Source: an uncultured Methanosarcinales archaeon
GTDB lineage: Archaea > Nanobdellota > Nanobdellia > Woesearchaeales > CG1-02-33-12
Reading direction: 5' to 3'
DNA length: 34,258 nt
NCBI GenBank assembly: GCA_964403775.1
Contig: CAYOHL010000003.1
Span: forward strand, 1 to 34,258
A program made the translations under genes and the position numbers. The notes under the pieces were generated by a model. That model searched no databases. It was given only the letters and a program-made list of their open reading frames with translations, and had not been told where the DNA came from. Position 1 is the first letter of the stretch, and the number at the start of each line of letters is the position of its first letter. Of this stretch, positions 17,380-26,595 are shown in pieces.

Positions 17380-17874
17380 TTATTCCATTATGCCATGCTC
17401 TGAGTCATCTTCTACTCCTAGAAATTTAATAGCAGAAAACCCTTTTTTATAGTCTTCCCACATTTCTTCCCTTATAACAGAAGGAAAAACCTTGATGTTC
17501 TTAAGCTCTTTTTTTGAAAAGAATTTTAATTTCTTAATATAGCGCTCATCTTTCCCTTTCCCAACAATACCTTTAATAGATTTGCTGCCTTTATGCCTTG
17601 AGGAAGCTACATATAAATCAATATTATTCTCTTTCTGCTGATGAAAAATGAACTGTCTTATATAGGCAATCCTATCTAATTTTACCTTAAGGTTAGTTTC
17701 TTCTTTTACCTCTCTTTCCCCGCATTCAAAGATAGATTCAGTTCCTTTTAATCCACCGCCTGGCGGCACCCACCAGGTAAACCCTGTTATGGGGTCAACA
17801 TGCTTAACTAATAATATCTTATTATTTTCAAAGATTAAAACACCAACCCTTATCCTGTTTTCCAGTCTAACCAC
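17380..17874 (-). CDS. NUDIX hydrolase (GTG start)
   Basis: PGGGLKGTESIFECGEREVKEETNL Nudix box. Confidence 0.9.
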   Translation of the reverse strand: MVRLENRIRVGVLIFENNKILLVKHVDPITGFTWWVPPGGGLKGTESIFECGEREVKEETNLKVKLDRIAYIRQFIFHQQKENNIDLYVASSRHKGSKSIKGIVGKGKDERYIKKLKFFSKKELKNIKVFPSVIREEMWEDYKKGFSAIKFLGVEDDSEHGIME

Positions 17875-18029
17875 CTTTTATTTTTTAATATTGTAGTACT
17901 CTTGTCCCAAAAAGATAATATAATCAAGCTAAAATAAAGGTATTATAAAAAGTTATTGAAATTTGAAGCAGTAAAATTAATTAGAAAGCTTTATTAATAA
18001 AATTGATTGTTGTAATCCTATCATTGAGG

Positions 18030-18662
18030 ATGAAATACAAACTAATATGCTTTGACCTTGACGGCGTAATCTTTAAAGAGCCCAATTTCTGGCTAGAGCT
18101 GCATAAAAAATTTGGAACCCTTAAGAAAGGAAAAAAATTGACAGAAAAGCACCTTCACAATGATTATGGAAAGCTTGTTGAAGAGGTTGTTGTAAAGCTT
18201 TGGAAAGGCAGAGATGCAGGGCCTTACTATGAGCTTGTTGATTCAGTTGAATACAATAAAGGCGTTAAAGAGGTCTTTGAATATGTAAGGAAAAAAGGAC
18301 TTATAACTGCAATAATAAGCTCATCAAGCATTGATGCTGCAAAAAGAGTTAAGAGAGATTTTCAGGTTGATTATATATTTGCAAATGAACTTGTTATAAA
18401 AGATGGAAAGGTTTCTGGTGAATTTTTCTGGCCAATCGGAGCAGGAAAGGAAAACAAGGCAAGAGTAATAAGGGAGCTTTGCAATAAGCTTGGAATAAAA
18501 ACAGATGAGTGCATTTATATTGGGGACAACACTGTTGATATTGAGGCATTCAAGGAAGTCGGATTGTCAATAGCCTTTAATTCTGATTCAGATGAGCTAA
18601 AGAAAGCAGCAACATTTGTTGTTGAAAGCAGGAATCTTTCTGATGTTTTAAAATTTATTTAA
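18030..18662 (+). CDS. HAD-IB family phosphatase (SerB-like); start refined from 18003
   Basis: CFDLDGV, IISSS, FANEL, K, YIGDNTVD motifs. Confidence 0.85.
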   Translation: MKYKLICFDLDGVIFKEPNFWLELHKKFGTLKKGKKLTEKHLHNDYGKLVEEVVVKLWKGRDAGPYYELVDSVEYNKGVKEVFEYVRKKGLITAIISSSSIDAAKRVKRDFQVDYIFANELVIKDGKVSGEFFWPIGAGKENKARVIRELCNKLGIKTDECIYIGDNTVDIEAFKEVGLSIAFNSDSDELKKAATFVVESRNLSDVLKFI

Positions 18663-18683
18663 ACGAAAAAACACTAACCTTGC

Positions 18684-19691
18684 TCATTCAAGCAATTTGC
18701 TTATTGATTTTCTATGGTTTAACCTGCTGATAACCTCAGCAAAATAGTTTGCAACAGAAACCTCTTTATACCAGGGATTTTTTTCCCGGAAACCCTCTCC
18801 ATGATAAACAGCATCAGTTCCAATAACAGATGTTAAATACCCATCTTCATAAGATTCTGTTATTCTTTCTATGGCTGGCCTATTAAACAAAGCAAGACTG
18901 CAGGCTGCATACACTCTTTTGGTACTCTGCTCCTTGGATGCCTTAATAACCTCTATTAAAGTTTCAGCAGTGTCAATCATATCATCTATTATTAAAACAT
19001 CTTTCCCTTTAATTTCCCCAACTATTTGTATTGATTCAATGGAATTAGGCATATTATAGTTTCTATCCTTATAGGCAAAAACTACCTGCGCTCCAAGCAT
19101 TTTAGCGTAATATTTAGCTCTTTTGACTCCACCTGCATCAGGGGACATTACTGCTAGATTTTCAAGATTAAAATCATCCTTATTATTTTTAATATAATCA
19201 ATGATATTTTTAGAAGCATGCAGGTTTTCGAGTTTGATTTTTGTAAAAGATTCAGCAATAGTTGGATTATGTATATCTAAAGTTATAATATGGTTTGCAT
19301 TAACACTTTCAATCCATTTTGCAACCATTGTTGCGCCTATACCCTCCCTTCCTTCCTGCTTGTCCTGCCTTGCATAGGGAAACACTGGAATAACAGCAGT
19401 TATATAATCTGCGTCACTTCTATAAGCAGCATCAATAGCTGTCATCAGCGCTATCAGATTATCATTCACAGAGTAGGGGGTGACTGAATTTTCAACATCC
19501 TGAATAATATAAATATCTGCCCCCCGAATGCTCTCTTCTATAGTTGTTTTAATCTCTGTGTCTGCAAAATGCGTTTCATTAGAATTAATAATATCAATTT
19601 CCTCTCCCTTGTCCTTAAGTTTTTTTATAATCTTCTTTGCAAAAGGCCTTCCTGATTCACATGCAAGAATGCTTAATTTTCCCCTTGTCAT
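18684..19691 (-). CDS. prs: Ribose-phosphate pyrophosphokinase
   Basis: FADTE, PYARQDK, LDIH, SPDAGG, IIDDMIDTA. Confidence 0.95.
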   Translation of the reverse strand: MTRGKLSILACESGRPFAKKIIKKLKDKGEEIDIINSNETHFADTEIKTTIEESIRGADIYIIQDVENSVTPYSVNDNLIALMTAIDAAYRSDADYITAVIPVFPYARQDKQEGREGIGATMVAKWIESVNANHIITLDIHNPTIAESFTKIKLENLHASKNIIDYIKNNKDDFNLENLAVMSPDAGGVKRAKYYAKMLGAQVVFAYKDRNYNMPNSIESIQIVGEIKGKDVLIIDDMIDTAETLIEVIKASKEQSTKRVYAACSLALFNRPAIERITESYEDGYLTSVIGTDAVYHGEGFREKNPWYKEVSVANYFAEVISRLNHRKSISKLLE

Positions 19692-19801
19692 AAATATTCC
19701 CCCAAATAAGCTAGCAAATTAACTTATTTAAAAATATTTATGTCATACAAAATATTTAACAAAGAAAACAATTAAATACTACTTCTGTTAGAAAACATTA
19801 T

Positions 19802-21190
19802 ATGAAAATAAAACTTTTCGGGGCGGCCAAGACAGTAACAGGATCATGCTACAGCTTGGTTACAGGAAAAGACAAAATTCTTGTTGACTGCGGGATGTTT
19901 CAGGGAAGCAAAAAAGAAACTGCCTTAAACTACAATAAGTTTGGATTTAATCCAAAGAATTATTCAGCACTTCTTTTGACACATGCGCATCTTGACCACT
20001 GCGGCAGGATTCCAAAGCTTGTGAAAGCTGGATTTAGAGGCAGGATTTTCTGTACATCAGCAACAAAAGATTTGGCCAATATTATAATGCTTGACTCTGC
20101 AAAGATAAACCAGCATGATGTTGAGTTAGAGAACAAGAGAAGACAAAGATTGGGCCAGCCACCAAGAAAACCAATTTACACTGAGAAAGATGTTGGAAGT
20201 GCAATGAAATTATTTAAGGTGATTGAATATAATAAAACTATCCAGATTTCTAAGAATATCAATGCAACATTTTATGATGCAGGCCATATCCTTGGCTCAA
20301 GCTCTGTTCAGATTGAGGTAACTGAAAAAGGCAGGAAAAAAACTGTTGTTTTCTCAGGAGACCTTGGACAGGAGAGCACACCAATAATCAAGAGCCTGGA
20401 ATATATTAAAGAGGCAGACTATGTATTTGTTGAGTCAACATACGGCGATAGTATACATCCTCCAATAGCCGAGAGAAAGCAGGAGCTTCTTGATTTGATT
20501 CACAATACATATAATAATAACGGAAAGATTCTTATCCCTGCATTTGCAGTTGAGAGAACACAGGAGATTCTCTATGATCTCAATGAGCTGGTTGAAAAAA
20601 ACCTAATGCCTAAAATAAGTGTTTATGTTGATACCCCTATGGGCATAAGGGTAACAGAGGTTTTCAAAAGGCACCCTGAATGCTATAACAAAAAGATACT
20701 AGAGCTTCTTAATTCAGGAGACAACCCGTTTTCTTTTCCTGGATTAAAATACACACAGAATGTAAAAGATTCAATTAAGCTTAACAACTTGCATGAGCCG
20801 TGCATAATTATTGCTGGCAGCGGCATGTGCACTGGCGGAAGGATAAAGCACCATATAAAGCATCACATATGGGATAAAAGAAACACAATGCTGTTTGTTG
20901 GCTATCAAGCAAGGGGCACGCTCGGCTATTACATAAAAAAAGGGGAAAAAAGAATAAGGCTCTTGGGCACAGAGGTTGCTGTCAAGGCAAAAATTGAATC
21001 AATTGAAGGCTTTTCAGCCCATGCAGACTATAAGGGATTGCTTAACTGGCTTAGGCATTTTTCTCCAAAGCCAAAAAAAGTATTTCTTATGCATGGTGAA
21101 GAAGAGGCAATGATTCCTTTCTCAAAAAGAATTGAAAAGCTTGGCCTAAAAGCAAGGATTCCTTATATGGAAGAAGAAATCACTCTTTGA
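19802..21190 (+). CDS. MBL-fold beta-CASP ribonuclease (Ysh1/TTHA0252-like)
   Basis: VTGSC, DCGMFQG, THAHLDHCG, AGHILGS, SGDLG, ESTYG, AGSGMCTGGR, FSAHAD, HGE. Confidence 0.92.
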   Translation: MKIKLFGAAKTVTGSCYSLVTGKDKILVDCGMFQGSKKETALNYNKFGFNPKNYSALLLTHAHLDHCGRIPKLVKAGFRGRIFCTSATKDLANIIMLDSAKINQHDVELENKRRQRLGQPPRKPIYTEKDVGSAMKLFKVIEYNKTIQISKNINATFYDAGHILGSSSVQIEVTEKGRKKTVVFSGDLGQESTPIIKSLEYIKEADYVFVESTYGDSIHPPIAERKQELLDLIHNTYNNNGKILIPAFAVERTQEILYDLNELVEKNLMPKISVYVDTPMGIRVTEVFKRHPECYNKKILELLNSGDNPFSFPGLKYTQNVKDSIKLNNLHEPCIIIAGSGMCTGGRIKHHIKHHIWDKRNTMLFVGYQARGTLGYYIKKGEKRIRLLGTEVAVKAKIESIEGFSAHADYKGLLNWLRHFSPKPKKVFLMHGEEEAMIPFSKRIEKLGLKARIPYMEEEITL

Positions 21191-22160
21191 TAACTTTTTT
21201 TATCTCTTTCTGCAAGCTTCTTTTTATCATTGAGTCATGGCTTGCAACAACCTGCGCAGCAACATATGAGGCAATCTTTCCAGAGGTTTTGACATCAAAG
21301 CCGTGTGAGATTCCATAGAGAAATCCGCCAGCATAAGCATCCCCTGCTCCGGTTGTGTTTAAAGTATTTACCTTAAAGCCTTTTATTTTGTGAAAACCAC
21401 TATTATCCATAACAAGGCTGCCTTTTTCACCAATCTTAACTATCGCTATCTTACAGAATTTCTTTATTTCCTCAACTGCCTCAATTGGCTTTTTTCCAGT
21501 CAGCATTTCAGCTTCATCCTCATTTGCAAAGATAATATCAGCATAGTCCTTGATAATCATGTTTATTTTATCCCTGTGCCTTTCTATGAGTGCTGGGTCT
21601 GCAAGGTCAACTGAAATTAAAATATTATTCTTTTTTGCATGCTCCATTGCATGCAGCACTGCCTCTCTCTGTTTTTCACCATCAAGCTGGTATGCCTCAA
21701 TATGAAGGATTTTTGAGTTGCTTATATCATCAAGGTTAATGTCATTTTTGGTTAAATTCATTCCTGCTCCAAGGCAAGTTGCCATTGTTCTTTCAGCATC
21801 AGGTGTTACCATAATAACAGATGTGCCCTGAATTTCATTGCATGATTTGAGGTTAATGGTAACTCCTAATTCCTCAATTAGCCTCCGGTATTTATCACCA
21901 TGATTATCATTGCCTATCATTCCAATAAAAAGGGATTTTCCGCCCAGGCTGCATACGCTTGCAAGCGCATTTGGAACACTTCCTCCTGCAGAATCCTTTA
22001 CAGAATTAATATCCAGCATTGAGAGCAGCCTCCTGCTCTGCTCAGAGTTTATGAGGTTCATACTTGTCCTTCTTAGCCCAGTGTTTAATATGAACTCTTC
22101 ACTTACTTCTATAACCTTGTCAAGAAGGGGATATCCAATGCCTATAACATCATATTTCAT
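21180..22160 (-). CDS. PfkB family kinase (adenosine/nucleoside kinase-like)
   Basis: AGGSVPN, ERTMATCLGA, FANEDEA, NTTGAGDAYAGGFL. Confidence 0.9.
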   Translation of the reverse strand: MKYDVIGIGYPLLDKVIEVSEEFILNTGLRRTSMNLINSEQSRRLLSMLDINSVKDSAGGSVPNALASVCSLGGKSLFIGMIGNDNHGDKYRRLIEELGVTINLKSCNEIQGTSVIMVTPDAERTMATCLGAGMNLTKNDINLDDISNSKILHIEAYQLDGEKQREAVLHAMEHAKKNNILISVDLADPALIERHRDKINMIIKDYADIIFANEDEAEMLTGKKPIEAVEEIKKFCKIAIVKIGEKGSLVMDNSGFHKIKGFKVNTLNTTGAGDAYAGGFLYGISHGFDVKTSGKIASYVAAQVVASHDSMIKRSLQKEIKKVIKE

Positions 22161-22180
22161 CTCTACCCCAAATAAAAAAC

Positions 22181-22408
22181 CGCCGGGACTGGGACTTTCA
22201 CCAATGGCTGCGAACGAAGTGAACTAAGGGGATTTGGATTTTAAGCCAAATCCTCTATGCGTGCCAGCTTAGCAAGAAGCTGTGCGTAACCATTTGTTTT
22301 GAACCCAGATATCCTTTCGGAAACTGGCTGTTTTGGGCAAAACCAAATCCTATAATTAAATTGCTCGCCGCTCAAGGCCAGCGCAATGCCAGATTATGCG
22401 ATCCCGGC
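22181..22408 (-). tRNA. trnS: tRNA-Ser(TGA) with two introns: canonical 37/38 (22330-22370, 41 nt) and T-loop 59/60 (22195-22297, 103 nt)
   Basis: GCCGGGA/TCCCGGC-G acceptor, CTGGC-CT-TGA-G..A-GCCAG, variable arm TCC-GAAA-GGA, T stem CTGGG/CCCAG; BHB helix TTCA/TGAA; splicing restores TTCAAAT. Confidence 0.88.
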
Positions 22409-22433
22409 TTATAATTTAAAATTTTTATTAAAT

Positions 22434-22622
22434 TTAAATAACTTTTGCTTTACTGATTTGCATTCCAGGAGGAAGCAGGACAGGTACCCCTCCTTCTATA
22501 AGATAAATAGCATTACACTTTGTGCAGACTAACCTGCTCTTATCTTTATTATATTTAAGTGCAGCCTTGCAGACAGGGCATGCCATTATTTTAAAGACTT
22601 CTTTTGGAATCATTTTTTCCAT
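22434..22622 (-). CDS. Trm112 family methyltransferase activator
   Basis: MACPVCK..LVCTKC..YLIEGGVPVLLP signature; start refined from 22640. Confidence 0.88.
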   Translation of the reverse strand: MEKMIPKEVFKIMACPVCKAALKYNKDKSRLVCTKCNAIYLIEGGVPVLLPPGMQISKAKVI

Positions 22623-22733
22623 TTGAATTACTCTAACCAAATTAACTTATTTCTTTTAAACCTTTCGCAATGTTTTAAAAAACAATTTAACAGCCCAAAA
22701 AACAAATTCTTTTTAAATCTTTCTTTAAAAACA

Positions 22734-22748
22734 GAAAGGTTTATATAT
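22734..22748 (+). promoter_or_regulatory. BRE/TATA promoter of tfb
   Basis: GAAAGG-TTTATATA upstream of the GGGGGTG RBS and ATG 22827. Confidence 0.6.
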
Positions 22749-22826
22749 AACTTCTTATTCTTATTTATAAAATTTTGGTTTAAAATTATTTTAACTTCAA
22801 GGTATTAAATTTTGGGGGTGTTTATT

Positions 22827-23750
22827 ATGCCTAACTACATAAAAAAATGTCCTGAATGCGGAAGCATAAACCTGTTCTGGAACAAGGACAGGGGAGAAAT
22901 CATCTGCCGTGACTGCGGTCTTGTTATAGAGGACAAGATGGTTGATTTTACACAGGAATGGCATAACTTTGATAGCGACTCGTCTGAAAAAAGAAGAAGG
23001 GCTGGAGCTCCAATGACCTACACCCAGTTTGACCAGGGTTTGGGTACAGATATTGGAAGAAAAACAGATTTAAGCGCTCTGACAACAAAAAACAGAAACA
23101 AATTCTTTAGGCTGAGAAAATGGCAGTACAGGATTTCAACTGCTATTGAGAGAAACCTTAAGCTTGCACTTGCAGAGCTGAAAAGGGTTGCCTCTTATCT
23201 TAAATTACCCGGCTCTGTTGAAGAGGAGGCAGCAAGGGTTTACACTATGGCAGTCCAGAAAGGGCTTGTAAGGGGCCGTTCAATGGAGTCGGTTGTTGCA
23301 GGGGCACTTTATGCTGCATGCAGAAGGCATGAGGTTCCAAGAACCCTAGATGAGCTATCTGAGGCAAGCGGAATTGAGAAAAAAGAAATTGGAAGAACCT
23401 ATAGGTTTGTAACAAGAGAGCTTGGTATAACAATCTTTCCAAGCAATCCTTCTGATTATATAGCAAGATTTTCCTCAGCTTTAAAGCTTTCTGCAGAGAC
23501 GCAGTCAAATGCAATTGAGATACTTGAGCAGGCCCAAAAAGCAGAGCTGACCTCTGGAAGGGGCCCAACAGGAATTGCAGCAGCATCATTATATGTTTCT
23601 GCATTGCTGCACGGGGAAAAAAGAACTCAACGTGAGGTAGCTGATGTTGCCGGGGTTACAGAGGTTACTATAAGGAACAGGTATAAAGAGCTGCTTGACA
23701 AGCTTAAGCTTGAGAAGGAAATCAAGAGATTAAAGAAGAAAAAAATCTAA
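22827..23750 (+). CDS. tfb: Transcription initiation factor IIB
   Basis: CPECGS..CRDCG Zn ribbon, two cyclin repeats, GLVRGRS, GRGPTGIAAA, VTEVTIRNRYKEL. Confidence 0.98.
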   Translation: MPNYIKKCPECGSINLFWNKDRGEIICRDCGLVIEDKMVDFTQEWHNFDSDSSEKRRRAGAPMTYTQFDQGLGTDIGRKTDLSALTTKNRNKFFRLRKWQYRISTAIERNLKLALAELKRVASYLKLPGSVEEEAARVYTMAVQKGLVRGRSMESVVAGALYAACRRHEVPRTLDELSEASGIEKKEIGRTYRFVTRELGITIFPSNPSDYIARFSSALKLSAETQSNAIEILEQAQKAELTSGRGPTGIAAASLYVSALLHGEKRTQREVADVAGVTEVTIRNRYKELLDKLKLEKEIKRLKKKKI

Positions 23751-24043
23751 AACCTGAAAAGGATTTTTTCAAAATCTTCTATTCTTTTGTTTTTTATTTT
23801 AATGCCTTCTTTTCTTAACAGCCATATTTTCTTTTTTGTGCCCTTTGCATAGCCACCAACAAACCCATTTGAATTAACAACTCTGTGGCAGGGTATTATT
23901 ATTGGCCTCTTGTTTTTATGCAAGGCAGCTCCTACAGCCCTGTAAGCCTTTGTTTTTAATTTTCCAGCTATTAGTTTATATGTTGTTACCCTGCCTCTTG
24001 GAATCTTCTTTGCCAGTTTTAGAACATTTTCATTGAACTGCAT
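23747..24043 (-). CDS. MGMT/Ogt family protein (C-terminal DNA-binding/catalytic domain only)
   Basis: IPRGRVTTY, RAVG, PCHRV, GGY..G. Confidence 0.9.
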   Translation of the reverse strand: MQFNENVLKLAKKIPRGRVTTYKLIAGKLKTKAYRAVGAALHKNKRPIIIPCHRVVNSNGFVGGYAKGTKKKIWLLRKEGIKIKNKRIEDFEKILFRF

Positions 24044-24054
24044 TTTTGCTGAGT

Positions 24055-25296
24055 TTATCCTAATTCTCTTAAGATTTTGTTTAGATTTGACTTTGTCTGC
24101 TCTTTCTTGTAGGCTTTTGCCAGGTTTATTATCCTGTCCTTATTGAGCTCAATGCCTTTCTGCTTTAACAAGGCCCTTGTGCCTTTAGACATAATGAACT
24201 GGCAGAATTGGGTTATGTTTTTTGGATTTTTTGTTTTTTTGCATCTCTCAAAATCAATTAAAACAGGATTTTTATCAATTATAATATGCTTCAATGGATG
24301 GTGCATCTCTTCCTTGTCAACCTTTAGGCTGTCCATTATATAAAGCTGGTTAAATACATTTTTTATTGTCTTAATAACCCTATCTTTCTTGCTCTTTTCA
24401 ATGAAATCAAGGATAAAATCCCCCTCAACAAATTCATAAGCAAAATATTTTCTATTTGAGAAAAGCAGTTCTGGCCCAATATTATGCTTGTTTAATACCT
24501 TAATCCATTTAACCTCATTTGCAATCCTTGCCCTTGCCCTGCTTTCTGGGTTTTTTGTCTTTATAACAATTTTTTTGTTTTTTAGGCTGGCCTTGTAAAT
24601 AAGGCCGCGGTGGCCTCTTGCAAACCTTTTTATGTTTTCCACCCCTTTTTTCCCCAACCTCTTTAACAGACCTGATTTTTTTATTATGTAAACAAACAGG
24701 ATCTCAAAAAATAATTTTTTTTTATCTATTTTATTGAATTCAAAACAATAATCCTGCAGTAATTCATCAATTTTCTCCTTTTTTGTCAGCGAGCTGAATA
24801 CAATAAGAATCCGGCCATTTTCTTTTAGATACCTGCTGGCCTGAGAAAAAAACCTTTCGAGAATTTCATGACCCTTTAGCCCGCCGTAAATGCTCTTATC
24901 ATTTATTCCTTTGTCCCGGGGCAGATATGGCGGATTAAAGATAATCAAATCAAACAAAACCCTTTTTTCAAGGAACCTATGTATTTTTTTATCCTTTAAT
25001 TTTTCTAAAAAAACATATTTAAAATGTTTTTTTGCTTCTATCTTTTCAAACAAACCGAACAGATTGCTTTCAAAAAAATAAATATTTTTTATATTCTGCT
25101 TAAATGCATTTTCTCTTGCTAGTTTGATTGCATCTTTACTTATATCAACCCCAATCACTAACTTAGCTTTTTCCGAGGCTGCTATTGCCTGTATCCCGGA
25201 TCCTGTTCCAACATCCAGTACAAAACCATTTGAGTATTTCTTTACATGCCCTGCCAGCAGAAAAGAGTCCTCCATTGGCTCATAAACCTTAAACAT
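24055..25296 (-). CDS. HemK2/Mtq2 methyltransferase fused to an atypical Ser/Thr kinase-like domain
   Basis: VYEPMEDSFLL, LDVGTGSG, FNPPY; C-terminal RGHRGLIY, VIK, NE, EMHHPLKHI, IDFE. Confidence 0.85.
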   Translation of the reverse strand: MFKVYEPMEDSFLLAGHVKKYSNGFVLDVGTGSGIQAIAASEKAKLVIGVDISKDAIKLARENAFKQNIKNIYFFESNLFGLFEKIEAKKHFKYVFLEKLKDKKIHRFLEKRVLFDLIIFNPPYLPRDKGINDKSIYGGLKGHEILERFFSQASRYLKENGRILIVFSSLTKKEKIDELLQDYCFEFNKIDKKKLFFEILFVYIIKKSGLLKRLGKKGVENIKRFARGHRGLIYKASLKNKKIVIKTKNPESRARARIANEVKWIKVLNKHNIGPELLFSNRKYFAYEFVEGDFILDFIEKSKKDRVIKTIKNVFNQLYIMDSLKVDKEEMHHPLKHIIIDKNPVLIDFERCKKTKNPKNITQFCQFIMSKGTRALLKQKGIELNKDRIINLAKAYKKEQTKSNLNKILRELG

Positions 25297-25362
25297 ATTA
25301 AAAATAAATAAGAATTGGTTATTAAATCTTTTGTAAATAAAAAGAAAAATTAAATAAAAAAT

Positions 25363-25665
25363 TTATCTTCTTCTCTTTCTCCTTGCAGGCCTCCTTTTCT
25401 TTGCTTTCTTCTTGGCCTTTTTCTTCTTTCTTCTGTGCCCGCCGCGAGCCATCTTTGCTCTTGAGACATCTCCGCTCTTGTCGATAAAGTAGAGGAATCC
25501 TTTTGCTTTCTTAACTCCTGCTTTTGCCACTTTTTCCTGTCTCTTCCTGCCTTTCTTTCTTCCGCCCCTGGCCATCTCTACTCTTGAGACATCTCCGCTT
25601 CTGTCAACAAAGTATAGATATCCTGCTCTTTTCTTGACACCCACTTTTGCTACTTTCTCTGCCAT
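25363..25665 (-). CDS. Small very basic protein with internal duplication (candidate nucleic acid-binding protein)
   Basis: Two repeats of EKVAKxGVKKxxG(Y/F)LYFxDxSGDVSRxxMARGG plus K/R tail; GGAGGT RBS before ATG 25665. Confidence 0.85.
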   Translation of the reverse strand: MAEKVAKVGVKKRAGYLYFVDRSGDVSRVEMARGGRKKGRKRQEKVAKAGVKKAKGFLYFIDKSGDVSRAKMARGGHRRKKKKAKKKAKKRRPARRKRRR

Positions 25666-25806
25666 TTTTGACCTCCTTTTTGTTTTAGAACACTCCCTTA
25701 ACATAAGTCAAGGGCATTTATTTTATTGACGAGCTAGTATTTAAACTTTGCTGTTTTTTATCTTCCTTTATTGACGAAAAAACAAGAAATTAGTATACTG
25801 ATTTAG

Positions 25807-26283
25807 TTATTTATTGCTTTTTTTGAGGTTTTCATCGACTGCATTAAAGTATTCTCTAACCCTAGCTACTAATGAGGGCATTAAAAATCCATTAATCCTT
25901 TCCTCAAATATTTCGCCCATGCTTAAGAATTCTGTAATCCTATAAAGGTTATTTGTTTTTTCAACTATAAACAGTTCCTTTAATCTTCTTAGCTGCCTTC
26001 TTATGTTTGATGATGCTACCCCTATTAATTGTAACTTGTGTTTTTTTCTTGCCTGAACAACCTTATCCTTAACCTCTTCTGAGCTTAGTTTCTTTTTTTG
26101 TTTTTTTGCATTTAAAAGAACATAGAGTACATCCACAACCACATCACGGGAATCTCCTGGCTGCAAAAGACCTATGCTTAGGCATAGCTTCCTGATAACC
26201 TCTCTTCTAGTCTGCTTGTGGGGCCTTTCATAGCGCCTTAATGTTATCTCTGCAATGGGCATGTCTTTTGATATTTTTTTCAT
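25807..26283 (-). CDS. Hypothetical protein, probable winged-helix DNA-binding
   Basis: ASSNIRRQLRRLKELFIVEK..LYRI wHTH-like pattern. Confidence 0.7.
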   Translation of the reverse strand: MKKISKDMPIAEITLRRYERPHKQTRREVIRKLCLSIGLLQPGDSRDVVVDVLYVLLNAKKQKKKLSSEEVKDKVVQARKKHKLQLIGVASSNIRRQLRRLKELFIVEKTNNLYRITEFLSMGEIFEERINGFLMPSLVARVREYFNAVDENLKKSNK

Positions 26284-26342
26284 GATTAAATAATTTAATA
26301 ATAATCTTATATTTATAAGTTTTGTTTACAAAATCCAAGAAT

Positions 26343-26465
26343 TTATTTTAGGGTATAGTTGCACTTCAGGCAGATATGTGCTCCAAGCCTTTCATCAAAC
26401 CTTGTGTTTACACCATAATCTAACACAGTCCCGCACTTCGGGCACTTTGGTTCCAAGAACTCCAT
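26343..26465 (-). CDS. Small Zn-ribbon protein (40 aa, absent from the ORF track)
   Basis: Own translation MEFLEPKCPKCGTVLDYGVNTRFDERLGAHICLKCNYTLK*; two CxxC. Confidence 0.7.
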   Translation of the reverse strand: MEFLEPKCPKCGTVLDYGVNTRFDERLGAHICLKCNYTLK

Positions 26466-26595
26466 AGATTCAAATAGATTAAGATTTTCCAACCAAGATC
26501 CCCACAGCTAAACCATAGGGATATCACTATATAAATCTTTCGAAATCATCTTTAAAAAACAGCATTTAAATAAAACATTCTTTTAACAAAAAGCC

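Noticed and set aside
22181-22408. tRNA-Sec or opal suppressor
   Set aside because: The anticodon is TGA (reads UCA, Ser), not TCA; 7-bp acceptor stem and G73 fit Ser
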